DNA of 64,000 nt from Bryobacterales bacterium (GTDB taxonomy: Bacteria; Acidobacteriota; Terriglobia; Bryobacterales; Bryobacteraceae): positions 10,025-74,024 of the forward strand of contig CAWCJC010000010.1 of the NCBI GenBank assembly GCA_963795835.1, given 5' to 3'. Shown here one piece after another: positions 41,906 to 53,442 of this stretch (the first letter of the stretch is position 1; every line of letters begins with the position of its first letter). The position numbers and the translations under genes were made by a program. The notes under the pieces are model-generated. The model was not told where the DNA came from and did no database searches. It saw only the letters and a list, made by a program, of their open reading frames with translations.

Positions 41906-43145
41906 TTAACCATCCATCAGCGCATCCAGGATTTCGGCTGCCTCTGAGGCGCCGCCAGAGTGGCCTATAGCATCTCGTAGCCTGAGGGCAGCGGCTTTGA
42001 AGCGCGCATCGCTTAAGAGTGACAGAATGGCCGCTTTCACCTTGGCCGCTGAGCGATGTCCTGAATTCAGGACGAGACCGCAGCCATGCCACTGGAGGCG
42101 CGAACTGACGCCGAACTGGTCCCCGGCGATGGGCATGGCCAGGAGGGGAAGACCGAGGCTCAGCGCCTCCATCGTGGTATTCAGGCCCGCATGCGTGATG
42201 GCCATGGTGGAACGCGCCAACAGCTCGCGCTGGGGCGCATACGGAACCAATACGGTGCTTGCCGGAAACGCAGCCATGTTCACTCGTAATTGGCAAACCT
42301 CCTAGCGAGACAACCAGTTGCACCGGCAATTCCGAACACACCTCCGCCACAGTGAGCATGTCGCTCAGGCGATTGCCGAACGTGGTTCCAAAAGAAGCAT
42401 AGATCAGAGGCGATCCGTTTAATCGCTCATAGGGGAAAGAGACAGCTTCCAAGGATTGCCTGTGAAACGGACCGACATAATGCAGGTTCGGCGGTGGAAG
42501 TTTCCGGGGAAAGTCGAAGGCTTTTACTAGCTGCGTGATCTGCGCCGTTTTCGAAAATGAATCGTCCGGCTTGTAGTAAGGCTTCAGATTGACCCGGCTC
42601 CGATGAACATTAAGAACTTGATTGACACCTCTCATGACCAGGTTTCTGGCTTTGTAAGCGAAGCGATTTCGAGTTTCCGCCAGATAGCTCGCCGAGTAAC
42701 TCCAGGGGAAGAATCCCGGAGGGACGTCCGCAGCTTCATTGAGCGGAAGTGAGGCGCAGATGGAGGCGTAAGGGAGTTGTGCAAGATCAGCAGCGGTCGC
42801 CGCTCCGGGTTCCTCTTGATCGGCAAGAACAAAATCGATTCGGTGCTCTTGCAAGGCATTTGGAAGCTCCGAGCACAACAATTGAGCCATCGATTTCATG
42901 TACTCGACCGTGGCCGAAACCGGAAGTGTTCCCTGCTTTGCACGATCAAAATACCGTTCGACAGGATCTTCCTGTCCGTTGCCAATGACTTGGAAGGAAA
43001 TGTCCGGCGCGCGTAGTTGTTGCGCCTGAAACCGTGTTCCGAAAAGCAAGAAATTATGACCGCGCTTTTTCAGCTCGCGGCCAATTGCGCACATTGCCAT
43101 TTGATGGCTAGCGCCGGCATTCGCAAACGCGCCGACTTGTTTCAT
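41906..43145 (-). pseudogene. GT1-family (MGT/UDP-glycosyltransferase-like) glycosyltransferase, one surplus base near 42278-42287
   Basis: N-terminus MKQVGAFANAGASHQMAMCAIGRELKKRGH. The C-terminal donor-binding motif is in the other frame (...VLVPYAPQRELLARSTMAITHAGLNTTMEALSLGLPLLAMPIAGDQ). Span minus 1 nt equals 413 codons. Confidence 0.7.
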
Positions 43146-43287
43146 GCAATTTCGAAGTATACACGCCAGCCGTTTGCTTTTTGGCGCGAGATTGATAAAG
43201 AAAACATGGGAAACGCCGGATAGGGTACCCTTACCGATGTGCTGGAGGTCCAAATCCAGCCTGTATAAGATTTTTTGAGGCGGATTG

Positions 43288-45996
43288 ATGATGAACGTTC
43301 ACATGAAGAAGTTCTTGCCCTTGCTGCTCGCCGTCGCTGCGTCCGCGCAGGTCAATTTTAGGGATTCACATTTTGCGAAAACGGCGGGGGATGACAACCC
43401 TTTGCAGCGCATCGGTGCCGATAACGAAAACCGCGCGTTGCCTGCTGATTCGGTGGGCGTGGCGCAACAGCAAGCGGCTTACCAGTCTTTCCTGCTGCTC
43501 TCGAAATTGCCAGGCGGCAAGAAGAGTAACTGGCAGGAGGTTGGCCCGACCACCCCAATCGCGCCCGGCCCGGTTACATACACCGGCCGGCAAACGATGA
43601 ATTCGGGTCGCGTTACCGCAGTGGCCGTATCTCCGAACTGTCATGCAGGCGATTGTAAGATCCTGGTGGGCGCCGCGGGGGGCGGTATTTGGGAGGCCGA
43701 CAACGCCCTCGCTCAGCGCCTGAATTGGGAGCCTTCGAGTACTGGCATTCCCTTCAACGCCATCGGGTCCATCCTCTTCGACCCCACCGATTCAAAGGGC
43801 CGCACCATCTACGTGGGCACAGGCGAACCGAACGGATCGAGCGATTCAGAAGCAGGCATAGGCCTTTACAAGTCTTCAGATTTTGGCAAGTCATGGAACC
43901 TGGTGCCCGGCAGCGTGGCCGCGGCGCAGGGGCGCTCAATTGCAGCAATCGCGGTTGACCCCGTAAATGCAATGCATATACTGATCGGCACAGCGGTCGC
44001 GCGGCACGGTTCTTCATCCGTGAACGGCGGGCGGTTCACGCCCCCGGGCGCTCCGCCGATCGGCCTTTACGAGTCCGTTGATGGCGGAGCGAGTTTTACG
44101 AAAGTCTTCAGTGTCCCTTCGGATACGGTCAACACTACTTCACCCAGCGGCAGCGACTTTTTCCGCGGTGGCATTAGCAAAATTGAGACCGATCGCCTGG
44201 GCCTGAACTCTGGCGACCCGACCCGTTTCTATTTCTCCGTCTTCGACTACGGCCTGTACCGATCCAAATCGGGCGGGGGCTTCGAGCAGGTATTTGTGTC
44301 CGCGGGCGGCGGCCTGGTGGCGTACTCGGCATCCGCGCGCACCGAGTTTGCCCTGGCGCCGAACGGCAATAAACTTCGCATTTACCTGGGCGACAACCAG
44401 GACACGGTCACCGACTTTTACCGCGTCGATGACGCGGGCAATACTTCGGCCGCGACACTGACCAATGGTGTCACGAATCCCGGCTGGACCAAGCTGTCCA
44501 ATCCAACGCCGGGCACGCCCGGGTTTGGATCTTACAACTTCTGCCAGGGCCAGTGCTCGTACGACATGTTCGTGGCTTCGCCCCCCGGCCATCCTGACAC
44601 CGTGTGGCTCGGCGGCTCGATGCAATACGACGAGATCTTCACGGCTCACCAGCCCTCTAATGGCCGTGCCGTGCAGCGCTCCACCGACGCCGGAGTCCAT
44701 TTCACCGACATGACCAACGACACGCAGTCGCCGCCGCTCGGGATGCATCCCGATCAGCATGCGATCGCGTTCGCCGGATCCAATCCGGACGTGGCGTTTA
44801 TCGGCTCAGACGGAGGCATGGTGCGCACGAGCGGCGTGTTTGCGGACGCCTCCGCAAGTTGCGCAAGCCGCGGCCTTTCGCTCGCCGCTCTGTCCGACTG
44901 CCAGATGTGGCTGAAAGCCATTCCAACGACGATTTACAGCCTGAACGACGGCCTCGCCACTTTGCAGTTTCAGAGCCTTTCGGTAAACGCGTTAGACCCG
45001 CTCAATGACATTATGGGCGGCACTCAGGACAATGGTACCTGGTCCTACGACGGCAAAGGCAAAGGTAGTTGGCTGGAGTCAGTGGGAGGCGACGGTGGCC
45101 AGTCCGGCTTCAATCCGGTGTACCCGAATATTCGGATGCATTCTTATTACTCCGCACAGCATGATGTAAACTTCAACGGCTCTAACCCCCTAGGCTGGGA
45201 CTGGATATCCGACCCGCTTCTTGCAAGCGGCGAAGCGGCTTCGTTTTATGTTCCGCTGATTAACGATCCCAAAGTGGCCGGGACTTGGTTTGTCGGGCTG
45301 CAGCACGTATGGCGCACGCTCGATAATGGCGGCTCTCAAACTTACCTCGATGCGGTCTGTAATGAGTTTTCCGGCACTTTCGCAAGCCCCTGCGGTGATT
45401 GGAAGACGATCGGTGGGGACCTCACGGGTCGGTGAACAGGCGCCACGAAAGGTGGCGGCTACGTCGTCGCCATCGCGCGCGCCACGAGCGACACCAAAAC
45501 CTTGTGGGCGGGCACTCGCATCGGCCGCCTCTTTGTTTCAAAGAACGCGGACGCCAGCACCCCCGGTTCCGTAACCTTCACGCGCATAGACACAGCGAAT
45601 CAGCCGAACCGGTTTATCAGCGGCATTGCGGTGGATCCGGCCAACCCGAATCACGCGTTCGTGTCTTTCTCCGGCTACAGCGCCTACACGCCCACCACGC
45701 CCGGGCACGTCTTCGAGGTGACATACAACCCGACAACCTTGGGGGTCACATGGAAAGACCTTAGCTACAACATCGGCGATCAGCCGGTAACAGGGATCGC
45801 ACTCGACAGCGCTACAGGCGAGTTGTTCATCTCCACCGACTTTGGCGTTGCGATGCTGCGGGCCGGGGTGTGGACACCGGCCGCGGGCAGCCTGCCTCCC
45901 GTCGCGGTCTACGGCTTGACCATTGACGTAAACGGGCGCGTCCTCTACGCTGCTACTCACGGCCGGGGTGCCTGGAAGCTGGATCTCTCGAAATAA
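43288..45996 (+). pseudogene. Large secreted BNR/Asp-box (sialidase-like beta-propeller) repeat protein with an in-frame TGA at 45433-45435
   Basis: Signal peptide (KKFLPLLLAVAASAQ) and repeated S-x-D-x-G-x-(S/T)-(W/F)-like boxes (SSDFGKSW, SVDGGASF, STDAGVHF). ORFs 43285-45435 and 45502-45996 are in the same frame, separated only by the TGA. 903 codons in total. Confidence 0.65.
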
Positions 45997-46032
45997 CGGC
46001 AACGAACAATTCAGTGTCGATTTATTGGCCGG

Positions 46033-47769
46033 TCATGCCGCCGGCGCCGGCCCATAAGCCCGCAAAACATCGTTTACACTGATGATTCCGCGCAGCGTGG
46101 AAATATCCGCGCGATCCACAACCGGGAGGGATTTCAGACCCGATTGGCCCATTCGCTCGATGGCCAACTCAATCGGGTGGTCGGGATGAACGTGCGGATA
46201 GGCCTCGCTACGGGCGGCCAGATCGCCGATCGAGATTTTGCCTTGGCCTGCGCCGAGAGCTTTCCTGACGGACGCGACGGGCACAACTCCCACCAGTTTG
46301 TCGCCATCCGCAACCAGGAACAAATCCCCAGGCGTTTCCTCGGGCAACTCGCTCAAAAGCGTACCTGCGGCAACCAGGGTGGGGTCGGCCCTCATTGCCA
46401 TGAGCACGGTCCGGGAACGGGAGCCGCTTGGCGTCCGATGTTCTTGAAGGTGAACGCCATCCTGCTCCGCAAGCGCAATATAAATACTTTTCTTCTGCAG
46501 ATGAGAAGCGATGATGTAACTGGTCATGTTCGCAATCATCAAAGGAACAAGGATGGAATAGTCGCGGGTTAATTCGAAAATCATGAACACAGAGGTCATG
46601 GGAGTGCGGATGATGCCGGCAAAGGCCGCGCCCATGCCCACCAGTGCGTAGGCCCCCGGGGTGGCGGTAGACCCCGGCAGGAGGGCGTGCGCCGCGCTAC
46701 CCACAGCCCCGCCGAGCATGGCTCCGAAGAACAGGCTGGGTCCAAAGATTCCGCCCGCATTCCCGGAACCGTAGCAAACCGCGGTTGCAATCAGTTTCAA
46801 AGGAATCAGAAGAAGGACGATGCGCAAGGCGATGTCGCCGTTGAGCACCTGGTCCACATAGTCGTAGCCAACACCCAGAACTTGCGGCAGGAACATGCCA
46901 AGCGCTCCCACCAAAATGCCCCCGGCAATGGGTTGGAAAGGACGTGTTGCGGCGGGGAGCCCAGCGAAGAATTGCCGGATGTGAAGAACCGACTTCACAA
47001 AAACCGTCGACAGAAGGCCGCCGGCTACTCCGAGGAAGGCATAGATCAGCAATTCGCCGAAATTCACTAACTGATAGCCGGGCACGTGAAACAGGGCATT
47101 GTCGCCCAGGAAGGTCTGCAACACCGCCCATGAGGTGACCGAACCGATTACGATCAACCCGAGCACCGGCGCGTGCAGATTACCGACCACCTCCTCCAAG
47201 GTGAAGAGCACGGCGGCAATGGGCGTGTTGAACGCTGCCGCAACCGCAGCGGCGGCCCCCACGGGAATCAGTTGCCGGAGCCTTGCCGGGCCCAGGCCCA
47301 GTTTCCTCCCCAAAACCGAGGCGATGCCCCCGCCGATCTGCACCGAGGGACCTTCTCGCCCGAGTGCAATCCCCGAAGCCAGAGACGCGGATGAAACAAA
47401 GAATCTTCCCAGGACAGTTCGCAAGGTAATGCGACCGCCATGCAACTCCATGGCGCCACGCGTTTGCGGAATGCCGCTGCCACGCGCTTCGGGAAAGTAC
47501 TTCGAAAGAAGCCAGCCCGATACAAGCGCGCCGATTGTGGGTACGATCAGTCTGCGCCAAACCGCTCCGCTCGCAGGATACATCCGAGAGCCAAGACGTT
47601 CGGTCAAGAGGATGAATCCCACCACAGCGAGTCCAGTGAGAACGCCGATCATTACTGCCAGAACAACAAGAAACTGCTCCTCTCGCGTTCGCAGCGTGCG
47701 AACCCAATTGAAGCCAGAGGAGAGGAAGCCAGTGACGCGATTGGTTCGCAAGTTTTCAGCGTGATCCAT
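46033..47769 (-). CDS. ClC-family voltage-gated chloride channel/antiporter with C-terminal CBS pair
   Basis: Selectivity motifs GSGIP, GREGPSVQIGG, GIFGPSLF. C-terminal CBS-like region. Confidence 0.9.
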   Translation of the reverse strand: MDHAENLRTNRVTGFLSSGFNWVRTLRTREEQFLVVLAVMIGVLTGLAVVGFILLTERLGSRMYPASGAVWRRLIVPTIGALVSGWLLSKYFPEARGSGIPQTRGAMELHGGRITLRTVLGRFFVSSASLASGIALGREGPSVQIGGGIASVLGRKLGLGPARLRQLIPVGAAAAVAAAFNTPIAAVLFTLEEVVGNLHAPVLGLIVIGSVTSWAVLQTFLGDNALFHVPGYQLVNFGELLIYAFLGVAGGLLSTVFVKSVLHIRQFFAGLPAATRPFQPIAGGILVGALGMFLPQVLGVGYDYVDQVLNGDIALRIVLLLIPLKLIATAVCYGSGNAGGIFGPSLFFGAMLGGAVGSAAHALLPGSTATPGAYALVGMGAAFAGIIRTPMTSVFMIFELTRDYSILVPLMIANMTSYIIASHLQKKSIYIALAEQDGVHLQEHRTPSGSRSRTVLMAMRADPTLVAAGTLLSELPEETPGDLFLVADGDKLVGVVPVASVRKALGAGQGKISIGDLAARSEAYPHVHPDHPIELAIERMGQSGLKSLPVVDRADISTLRGIISVNDVLRAYGPAPAA

Positions 47770-47818
47770 TTAAGCTTTTGGGGGCAGTACCATTGTCGAA
47801 CGGCGCTATCGTAAAGTC

Positions 47819-48967
47819 ATGTCGGCCCAGATCAAGGGCGGGAACGCCTCAAGCGTTCCGCCTCCAGCTGCAGCACGTACGATCCAAGTGTTGGGGACCG
47901 TTCTTGCTCTCGCGATCTTTCTTGCGGCTGCGGACGCGGCTCTGGTGCGGTTTGGAGCTTCAGAAAGAAAAGCCGCGGCCACAGAGTTGTACAGCCGCGC
48001 GCAAAAACTGTACTCCGCCGGCGATTATTCCAGTTCGCTTGACTTATACCGACAGGCCCGCAATGAGGAAAGAAAGAATTTCACGTACCAGGTTGCGTTG
48101 ATTCGAGCACTGGAACACTCCGAACACGTGGAAGAAGCCGAGGCGGAAGCAACGCGCCTGATCGCGGAGCATCCGACTGATGGTTATGCAAACCTGGTTA
48201 TGGCGCGCCTGCTTGCTTTTGATAAACGATTCAGCGAGGCTGCCTGGTTCTACCATCGCGCGCTGTACGGGAGCTGGTCGGGCTCCGATTCCCAAAGGAC
48301 ACGTGTTCGCCTGGAACTGGCGGACATGCTTTCAACCCAGGGACTGAAGGAGCAAGTTGTCGCGGAAGTCCTGCTGCTGCTCAATGAGGCTGGGGCCGGT
48401 GATGCCGAAATTCGCAGGCGTTCCGCAGATTTGCTGCTTAAATCGGGCGCATGGAGCCGCGCTGCATCCGTGTACGACGAGCTTGCCGCAAGCTTTCCCA
48501 ACGATCCCGAGGTGCACGCGGGATATGGACAGGCTTTGTTTGGAAATCGGGAATACCGCCGCGCTCGCGCCGAATTGGCTCTCGCCGTGCGTCTCGGCGA
48601 ATCAAAGGACGAGATCCGACGCAAACTGGAAACTTCCCGAGCCGTTCTCGATCTGGACCCTCATGCCCGGGGAGTGAGTTCAGGGGAACTGGAGCGCCGC
48701 CGGCTGGTGCTGTTGAATGATGTTCTTGAAATTGCGACGGCGTGCGGTGCCGATCCAGCTTCGCCGACACTTGTAGCGGCTCGCGAGCTCACCGCGAGGC
48801 GCCGCAAGGAGCGCGCGGAACCCGAGGATGAGTTCGATGTGGCCGAGGGGGCGTGGAAGAGCCTGCCGGAAGGCTGCAAAAAGGGTCCGAAGGCGGAGGC
48901 AATCTCCATTCTTTTCGCTGCATCTCCAGCTTCACCTCCTGTTACAGGAACTCATCTGATTGAGTAA
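47819..48967 (+). CDS. Tetratricopeptide-repeat protein with N-terminal membrane anchor
   Basis: TM segment (VLGTVLALAIFLAAADAAL) followed by TPR-like helical repeats (YSRAQKLYSAGDYSSSLDLYRQA...). Confidence 0.55.
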   Translation: MSAQIKGGNASSVPPPAAARTIQVLGTVLALAIFLAAADAALVRFGASERKAAATELYSRAQKLYSAGDYSSSLDLYRQARNEERKNFTYQVALIRALEHSEHVEEAEAEATRLIAEHPTDGYANLVMARLLAFDKRFSEAAWFYHRALYGSWSGSDSQRTRVRLELADMLSTQGLKEQVVAEVLLLLNEAGAGDAEIRRRSADLLLKSGAWSRAASVYDELAASFPNDPEVHAGYGQALFGNREYRRARAELALAVRLGESKDEIRRKLETSRAVLDLDPHARGVSSGELERRRLVLLNDVLEIATACGADPASPTLVAARELTARRRKERAEPEDEFDVAEGAWKSLPEGCKKGPKAEAISILFAASPASPPVTGTHLIE

Positions 48968-49096
48968 CAAGTTGTCTCCAAGGAGATCTTTATCAACAAG
49001 CATCGTGCCTTGTTCGTACCGCTCTATTGAACGTTCGAACTTCTCCGGCGCGCGGCAGCGTTGACTCGCCATCGCGCGGGCATTCAGTATCACCAA

Positions 49097-51823
49097 TCAG
49101 GACACCGGCTGCCGGATGGCCTCATTTACTTTTTCCATCAGGCGGCCGGACGTGTAGGGCTTCTGCAGGAATGAACTTAAGCTTTGCGAGCTAAATCGTC
49201 GGAGTACCTCGCCCTCGTTGTAGCCGCTGCAAATAAGAATTGGCACGGCTGAGTCGTGCTCTCGGATTAGGCGGAAAGCAGCTTCTCCGCCCATTACCGG
49301 CATCATCACATCCAGAATGACCAGGTCGAAAGCACCATGGTGTGACCGGAACAGATCTACCGCTTCCTGTCCGTTCGAAGCGAGTATAACCTGGTGACCG
49401 CTTTTCTCGAGCGTCTGGGCGGCGACCTTGCGGACGATCTCCTCGTCGTCAACCAACAGGATCTTCTTGCCGGCTTCGGTTTCGCCGGGTCCGGAGAGCT
49501 CGAACTCAGCACCGGCGACGTGGGCTAGTGGAAACAGAACCTTAAACGAAGTGCCCTTCCCGAGCCTGCTCGCCACACTCAGAAAACCTTTGTGCCCCCG
49601 TACGATGCCGGAGACGGCGGCCAATCCTAAGCCGCGCCCCGTAAACTTCGTCGTGAAAAAGGGGTCGAACATCCTTTCTTGGGTGGTCTTGTCCATCCCC
49701 TTGCCGGTGTCCGTCACTTCCAAGAGAACAAAGACGCCCGTCTCAGCTCCACTTGAACCGAAGCCGGCCAGAGGCAGTTTGTCAGAGTCCACGGTAGTCG
49801 TTCGAATCGTAATCAGGCCAGGAGCGCCTTCCATAGCTTCACTCGCATTAATGATCAGGTTCATCACTACTTGTTGGAGTTGACCGGGATCGCCTTCCAC
49901 AAAGCAATCGGGGTCGAGTTCGAGCTTGATCTCCACGTTCTTCTCCATGGATGGCTGAACTAAGCGGAGTATCTCGCGCACCAGCACGGATAAGTCTGTC
50001 TGGCTTACCTGAAACCGGCCCTTTCCAGCAAAAGCGAGCATCTGCTGGGTAAGGTCTGCTGCGCGCTCGGCCGCGAGTACGATATCCTCCGCCACCGGGC
50101 GGTCTTCCTGACCAACCGATTCGCTCAAAAGACTGGCATTCCCAAGTATTCCGGTGAGTAAGTTATTAAAATCATGGGCTATGCCCCCCGCCATCACGCC
50201 GAGGCTTTCAAGCTTGGCTGTTTGCCTGAGCTCCTCTTCCGCTTTGCGGGCCAGAGTCACGTCCCTGGTAATACAGAGCACTCGATCCACGTTCCCCGCG
50301 CTACCGATAAGAGGAGCAAGGGAAACGTCGATCAACATGGCGGTTCCCGAAGCTTGCTTGATGGAAGCGCTAAACTGAGTCGCCGAACCGGACACTGCGG
50401 TGGCGAATGCGTCCAGAGCATTAGCCTGGTCCCGCTCGCGCCACAGATGGTTCCATGTAACAAGGCCGGGGTTTGTGCCCAGCTGCCGGCGCAGAGCCCT
50501 GGCTTTGTCGTTGAGGGGCATGGAATTGCCCTCCAGGTCGAGAACCTCAATACCATCAGGACTGCTTTCGATGACTCCGCGCGCCAGTTCCTCGCTTGCC
50601 TTTAGGATCTCGCCGGCGTGCTTCTGTTCGTCGATATTGGTGTTCGTTCCGAACCAACGGGTAATTTCGCCAGATTCGTTGCGAACAGGATTTACAAGCG
50701 TTAAAAACCATCGATAACTGCGATCCGCGCCGAGAAGAAGAAACTCCATCTCAAAAGGACTACCGCTGCTCAGAGCCGAGTTCCAGCGTTCGAGAACCTT
50801 CGGCAACACATCCGGATGATGGACAGACTGCCAGCCCCAACCCTCCATCTCCTCGGGGGTTCTGCCGGTGTATTCAAACCACCGCTGGTTGTACCAGAAA
50901 ATGCTGCCATCGCGGTGAGCCATCCACGCCAAATTTGGGATATTGTCGGCCATTGCGCGGAAACGGTTCTCGCTTTCGCGCAAGGCCAGTTCTGCTGCCT
51001 TCTGCGCTGTGGTTTCGCGAAAGTAAATCGAAATACCGCCATTTTCAATCGGATAGGCCTTAACGGAAAACCATCGCTGCCAAGGTTCGTATAAAAGCTC
51101 GAACTCGGTGGGAAGCCGGTCGTCCATGGCGCGCCGGTAATTCTGCTCGATGATCGTACCCGCGGCGGGCGCGAAAATATCCCAGAACATCTTGCCGATT
51201 AGCTCGTTGCCGTTCGCCCCCAGCAACTGTTCACCCGCGGCGTTTATATACGTGAACTCCCAAGCTGAATTGAGGGCAATAAACCCGTCGGTAATGCTCT
51301 GCAGCAACGTCTGCAAACGTCGTTCACCAAGAACCCGCGCGGTCGTCTCGACGACGGTGACCAGGATACCGCCCACCTGTCCCGACTCATCCCGGATCGG
51401 GCTGTAGGAAAAGGTGAAGTAGCAGTCCTCTAGATATCCGTGTCTTTCGAGAGGCAAAAGCCAGTCTTCGGCGCCGCAGGGAATGCCCCTACGCACATCG
51501 GCGAACATGGGCCCAATAATGTCCCAGCTCTCTGCAAACGTGTCTCTCGTACTCCCGCCCAAAGCTTGCGGGTGCTTCGTAGTGCCAAGAATGGGCCGGT
51601 AGCCGTCATTGTAGAACTGGGTATATTGCTCCCCCCAGGCGATGTACATGGGGAACTTGGATTCCAGGACGACACTTACGGCGGTTTTGAGGCTTTGGGG
51701 CCAGCTGTCCACGGGGCCGACCGGTGTTTGTGACCAATCCAGCGAGCGCATGAGCGTCCCCATTTCGCCACCGCCCAGGAGGCACTTGGCGGGGTCAACG
51801 AAATCTGCTGTTTCGTGTCTCAC
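49097..51823 (-). CDS. Multi-PAS hybrid sensor histidine kinase/response regulator
   Basis: Several PAS-like modules, H-box (GIAHDFNNLLTGILG), HATPase_c (NLIINASEA, DTGKGM, GRGLGLA) and C-terminal REC (ILLVDDEEIV...DLVILDVMMP). Confidence 0.85.
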   Translation of the reverse strand: MRHETADFVDPAKCLLGGGEMGTLMRSLDWSQTPVGPVDSWPQSLKTAVSVVLESKFPMYIAWGEQYTQFYNDGYRPILGTTKHPQALGGSTRDTFAESWDIIGPMFADVRRGIPCGAEDWLLPLERHGYLEDCYFTFSYSPIRDESGQVGGILVTVVETTARVLGERRLQTLLQSITDGFIALNSAWEFTYINAAGEQLLGANGNELIGKMFWDIFAPAAGTIIEQNYRRAMDDRLPTEFELLYEPWQRWFSVKAYPIENGGISIYFRETTAQKAAELALRESENRFRAMADNIPNLAWMAHRDGSIFWYNQRWFEYTGRTPEEMEGWGWQSVHHPDVLPKVLERWNSALSSGSPFEMEFLLLGADRSYRWFLTLVNPVRNESGEITRWFGTNTNIDEQKHAGEILKASEELARGVIESSPDGIEVLDLEGNSMPLNDKARALRRQLGTNPGLVTWNHLWRERDQANALDAFATAVSGSATQFSASIKQASGTAMLIDVSLAPLIGSAGNVDRVLCITRDVTLARKAEEELRQTAKLESLGVMAGGIAHDFNNLLTGILGNASLLSESVGQEDRPVAEDIVLAAERAADLTQQMLAFAGKGRFQVSQTDLSVLVREILRLVQPSMEKNVEIKLELDPDCFVEGDPGQLQQVVMNLIINASEAMEGAPGLITIRTTTVDSDKLPLAGFGSSGAETGVFVLLEVTDTGKGMDKTTQERMFDPFFTTKFTGRGLGLAAVSGIVRGHKGFLSVASRLGKGTSFKVLFPLAHVAGAEFELSGPGETEAGKKILLVDDEEIVRKVAAQTLEKSGHQVILASNGQEAVDLFRSHHGAFDLVILDVMMPVMGGEAAFRLIREHDSAVPILICSGYNEGEVLRRFSSQSLSSFLQKPYTSGRLMEKVNEAIRQPVS

Positions 51824-51926
51824 AGGAGTGCCGAACGTGTCCCTGAGTGGTACATGTCACGTTGTCGTACCAGCTTACCAGCGCAAGCCCCCGAGTTGAT
51901 GTAGGGCGACGAAGGCGGAGGCCTAC

Positions 51927-53207
51927 TTATTGCGGCGGGGCAAGGATTTCAGTACCCATATAGGGTTGAAGGGCTTTGGGAATTCGAACGCTGCCGTCTT
52001 TTTGTTGATAATTCTCCAGGATTGCGACCCAGGTGCGGCCAACCGCCAAACCGCTCCCATTGATCGTGTGAAGATGCTCGGATTTCTTAGCCGCGGGCGA
52101 CTTATAGCGAATATTTGCGCGCCTCGCCTGGAAGGCTTCGAAGTTCGTGCAACTGGAAATTTCCTTGTAAGCATTCTGGCCGGGAAGCCAGACTTCAATA
52201 TCGTGTGTCTTCGAAGAGGAGAAGCCCATGTCGCCTGTGCAGAGAACCACCGTACGGTAAGGCAGGCCTAAGCGTTCAAGAATGTCTTCCGCATCCCGCG
52301 TCAGCTGGTCGTGTTGGTGGTTGCTTTGTTCCGGTGTGGTGAACTTCACCAGCTCTACTTTTTGAAACTGGTGCTGCCGGATAATGCCCCGCACGTCGCG
52401 CCCGTAGGAACCGGCCTCGCTGCGGAAGCAGGAAGTCGCGGCGCAGTAGGAGAGGGGAAGCTTCTGGGCATCCAGCGTTTCCTCGCGGTAATAGTTGGTG
52501 ACAGGCACTTCCGCCGTGGGAATCAGCCAGTAATCGGACTGCTCCAGCTTAAAAAGATCTTCGCCGAACTTGGGAAGATTGCCGGTTCCGTAGAGGCTGG
52601 CGGAGTTAACAATAAAGGGCGGCAGCATCTCAACATAACCATGTTCGCGGGTGTGGATGTCCAACATGAAGTTGGTCAGCGCGCGTTCCAGCCGCGCTCC
52701 CAGGCCCAGATAAAAGGCGAATCTTGCGCCCGTCACTTTGGCCGCGCGTTCGAAATCCAGGATGCCGAGCGCGGGTCCCAAGTCCCAGTGGGATTGCGGA
52801 ACGAAGTCGAATTCCGGCGTTGTACCGGAGCGGCGGAGCTCCACGTTATCGTTCGCATCTTTCCCTACAGGAACGGTTTCCTGCGGCAGGTTCGGAATCC
52901 CCGCAAGCTGTTGGCGAAAGTCGTCCTCGAGCGTCGTTGCTTCTTTATCGAGAGTAGCGATTCGTTCCCCCATGGCACGGACCGCGGCTTGGGCTTCGGT
53001 CGTATCCTGGCCTTCCTTCCGCTTCGCCGCAATTTGCTGGGTGGCCGCGTTGCGCTGCGCTTTCAGCTCTTCAGCCTCTTGAATCGCGGCGCGGCGGCGT
53101 GCATCCAGCGCGCGAAATTGCTCGACGGGAAGATGATAGTTTCCGCGAGTCGCCAGGCGCGCGGCTATGTTATCCAACTGGGCGCGGAACGCCCCTACAT
53201 CGTACAT
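51927..53207 (-). CDS. serS: Serine--tRNA ligase
   Basis: N-terminal coiled-coil arm plus class II core motifs ([30 protein letters not shown]). Confidence 0.95.
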   Translation of the reverse strand: MYDVGAFRAQLDNIAARLATRGNYHLPVEQFRALDARRRAAIQEAEELKAQRNAATQQIAAKRKEGQDTTEAQAAVRAMGERIATLDKEATTLEDDFRQQLAGIPNLPQETVPVGKDANDNVELRRSGTTPEFDFVPQSHWDLGPALGILDFERAAKVTGARFAFYLGLGARLERALTNFMLDIHTREHGYVEMLPPFIVNSASLYGTGNLPKFGEDLFKLEQSDYWLIPTAEVPVTNYYREETLDAQKLPLSYCAATSCFRSEAGSYGRDVRGIIRQHQFQKVELVKFTTPEQSNHQHDQLTRDAEDILERLGLPYRTVVLCTGDMGFSSSKTHDIEVWLPGQNAYKEISSCTNFEAFQARRANIRYKSPAAKKSEHLHTINGSGLAVGRTWVAILENYQQKDGSVRIPKALQPYMGTEILAPPQ

Positions 53208-53246
53208 AGGGACTATGCTAGCAAGCGCGATTTCTTGATCAGCCGC

Positions 53247-53378
53247 TTACTCTTCTTCGTCGTCGGCGGGGACCGGTTCCAAGTCTTCGGCTTCGAAGAT
53301 CTGGCGGCATTCCAGGCATTCCAGATAATCGACACCGTCTCTGCGGGCAATCATTTCGGTACGGGAGTGGTCGCACAT
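53247..53378 (-). CDS. Small (43 aa) Cys-pair protein with acidic tail, hypothetical
   Basis: ATG at 53378, TAA at 53247-53249. Sequence MCDHSRTEMIARRDGVDYLECLECRQIFEAEDLEPVPADDEEE (C-x-H ... C-x2-C). Below the 60-aa cutoff of the ORF track. Lies directly upstream of serS. Confidence 0.3.
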   Translation of the reverse strand: MCDHSRTEMIARRDGVDYLECLECRQIFEAEDLEPVPADDEEE

Positions 53379-53442
53379 AACGCGGTAATCGTTTCTATTT
53401 TAATGAACCGGAGTGCTGTGTCAAGCGGCTAAAATTGGGGCA

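Noticed and set aside
45433-45435. Selenocysteine reading of the in-frame TGA in the BNR-repeat gene
   Set aside because: The downstream hairpin is short, with a 6-bp stem and a 5-nt loop, and is not SECIS-like in size. The protein class has no known selenoproteins. No sel genes occur in this window. It is kept only as a low-prior alternative.
47099-47764. 221-aa ORF antisense to the ClC channel gene. The same applies to 26719-27321 and 29690-30334, antisense to actC/actD and ctaC.
   Set aside because: These are shadow frames of strongly supported genes, with no recognisable domains.
52311-53432. 373-aa ORF on the plus strand
   Set aside because: It is antisense to serS, which has unambiguous class II synthetase motifs. 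This is a shadow ORF.
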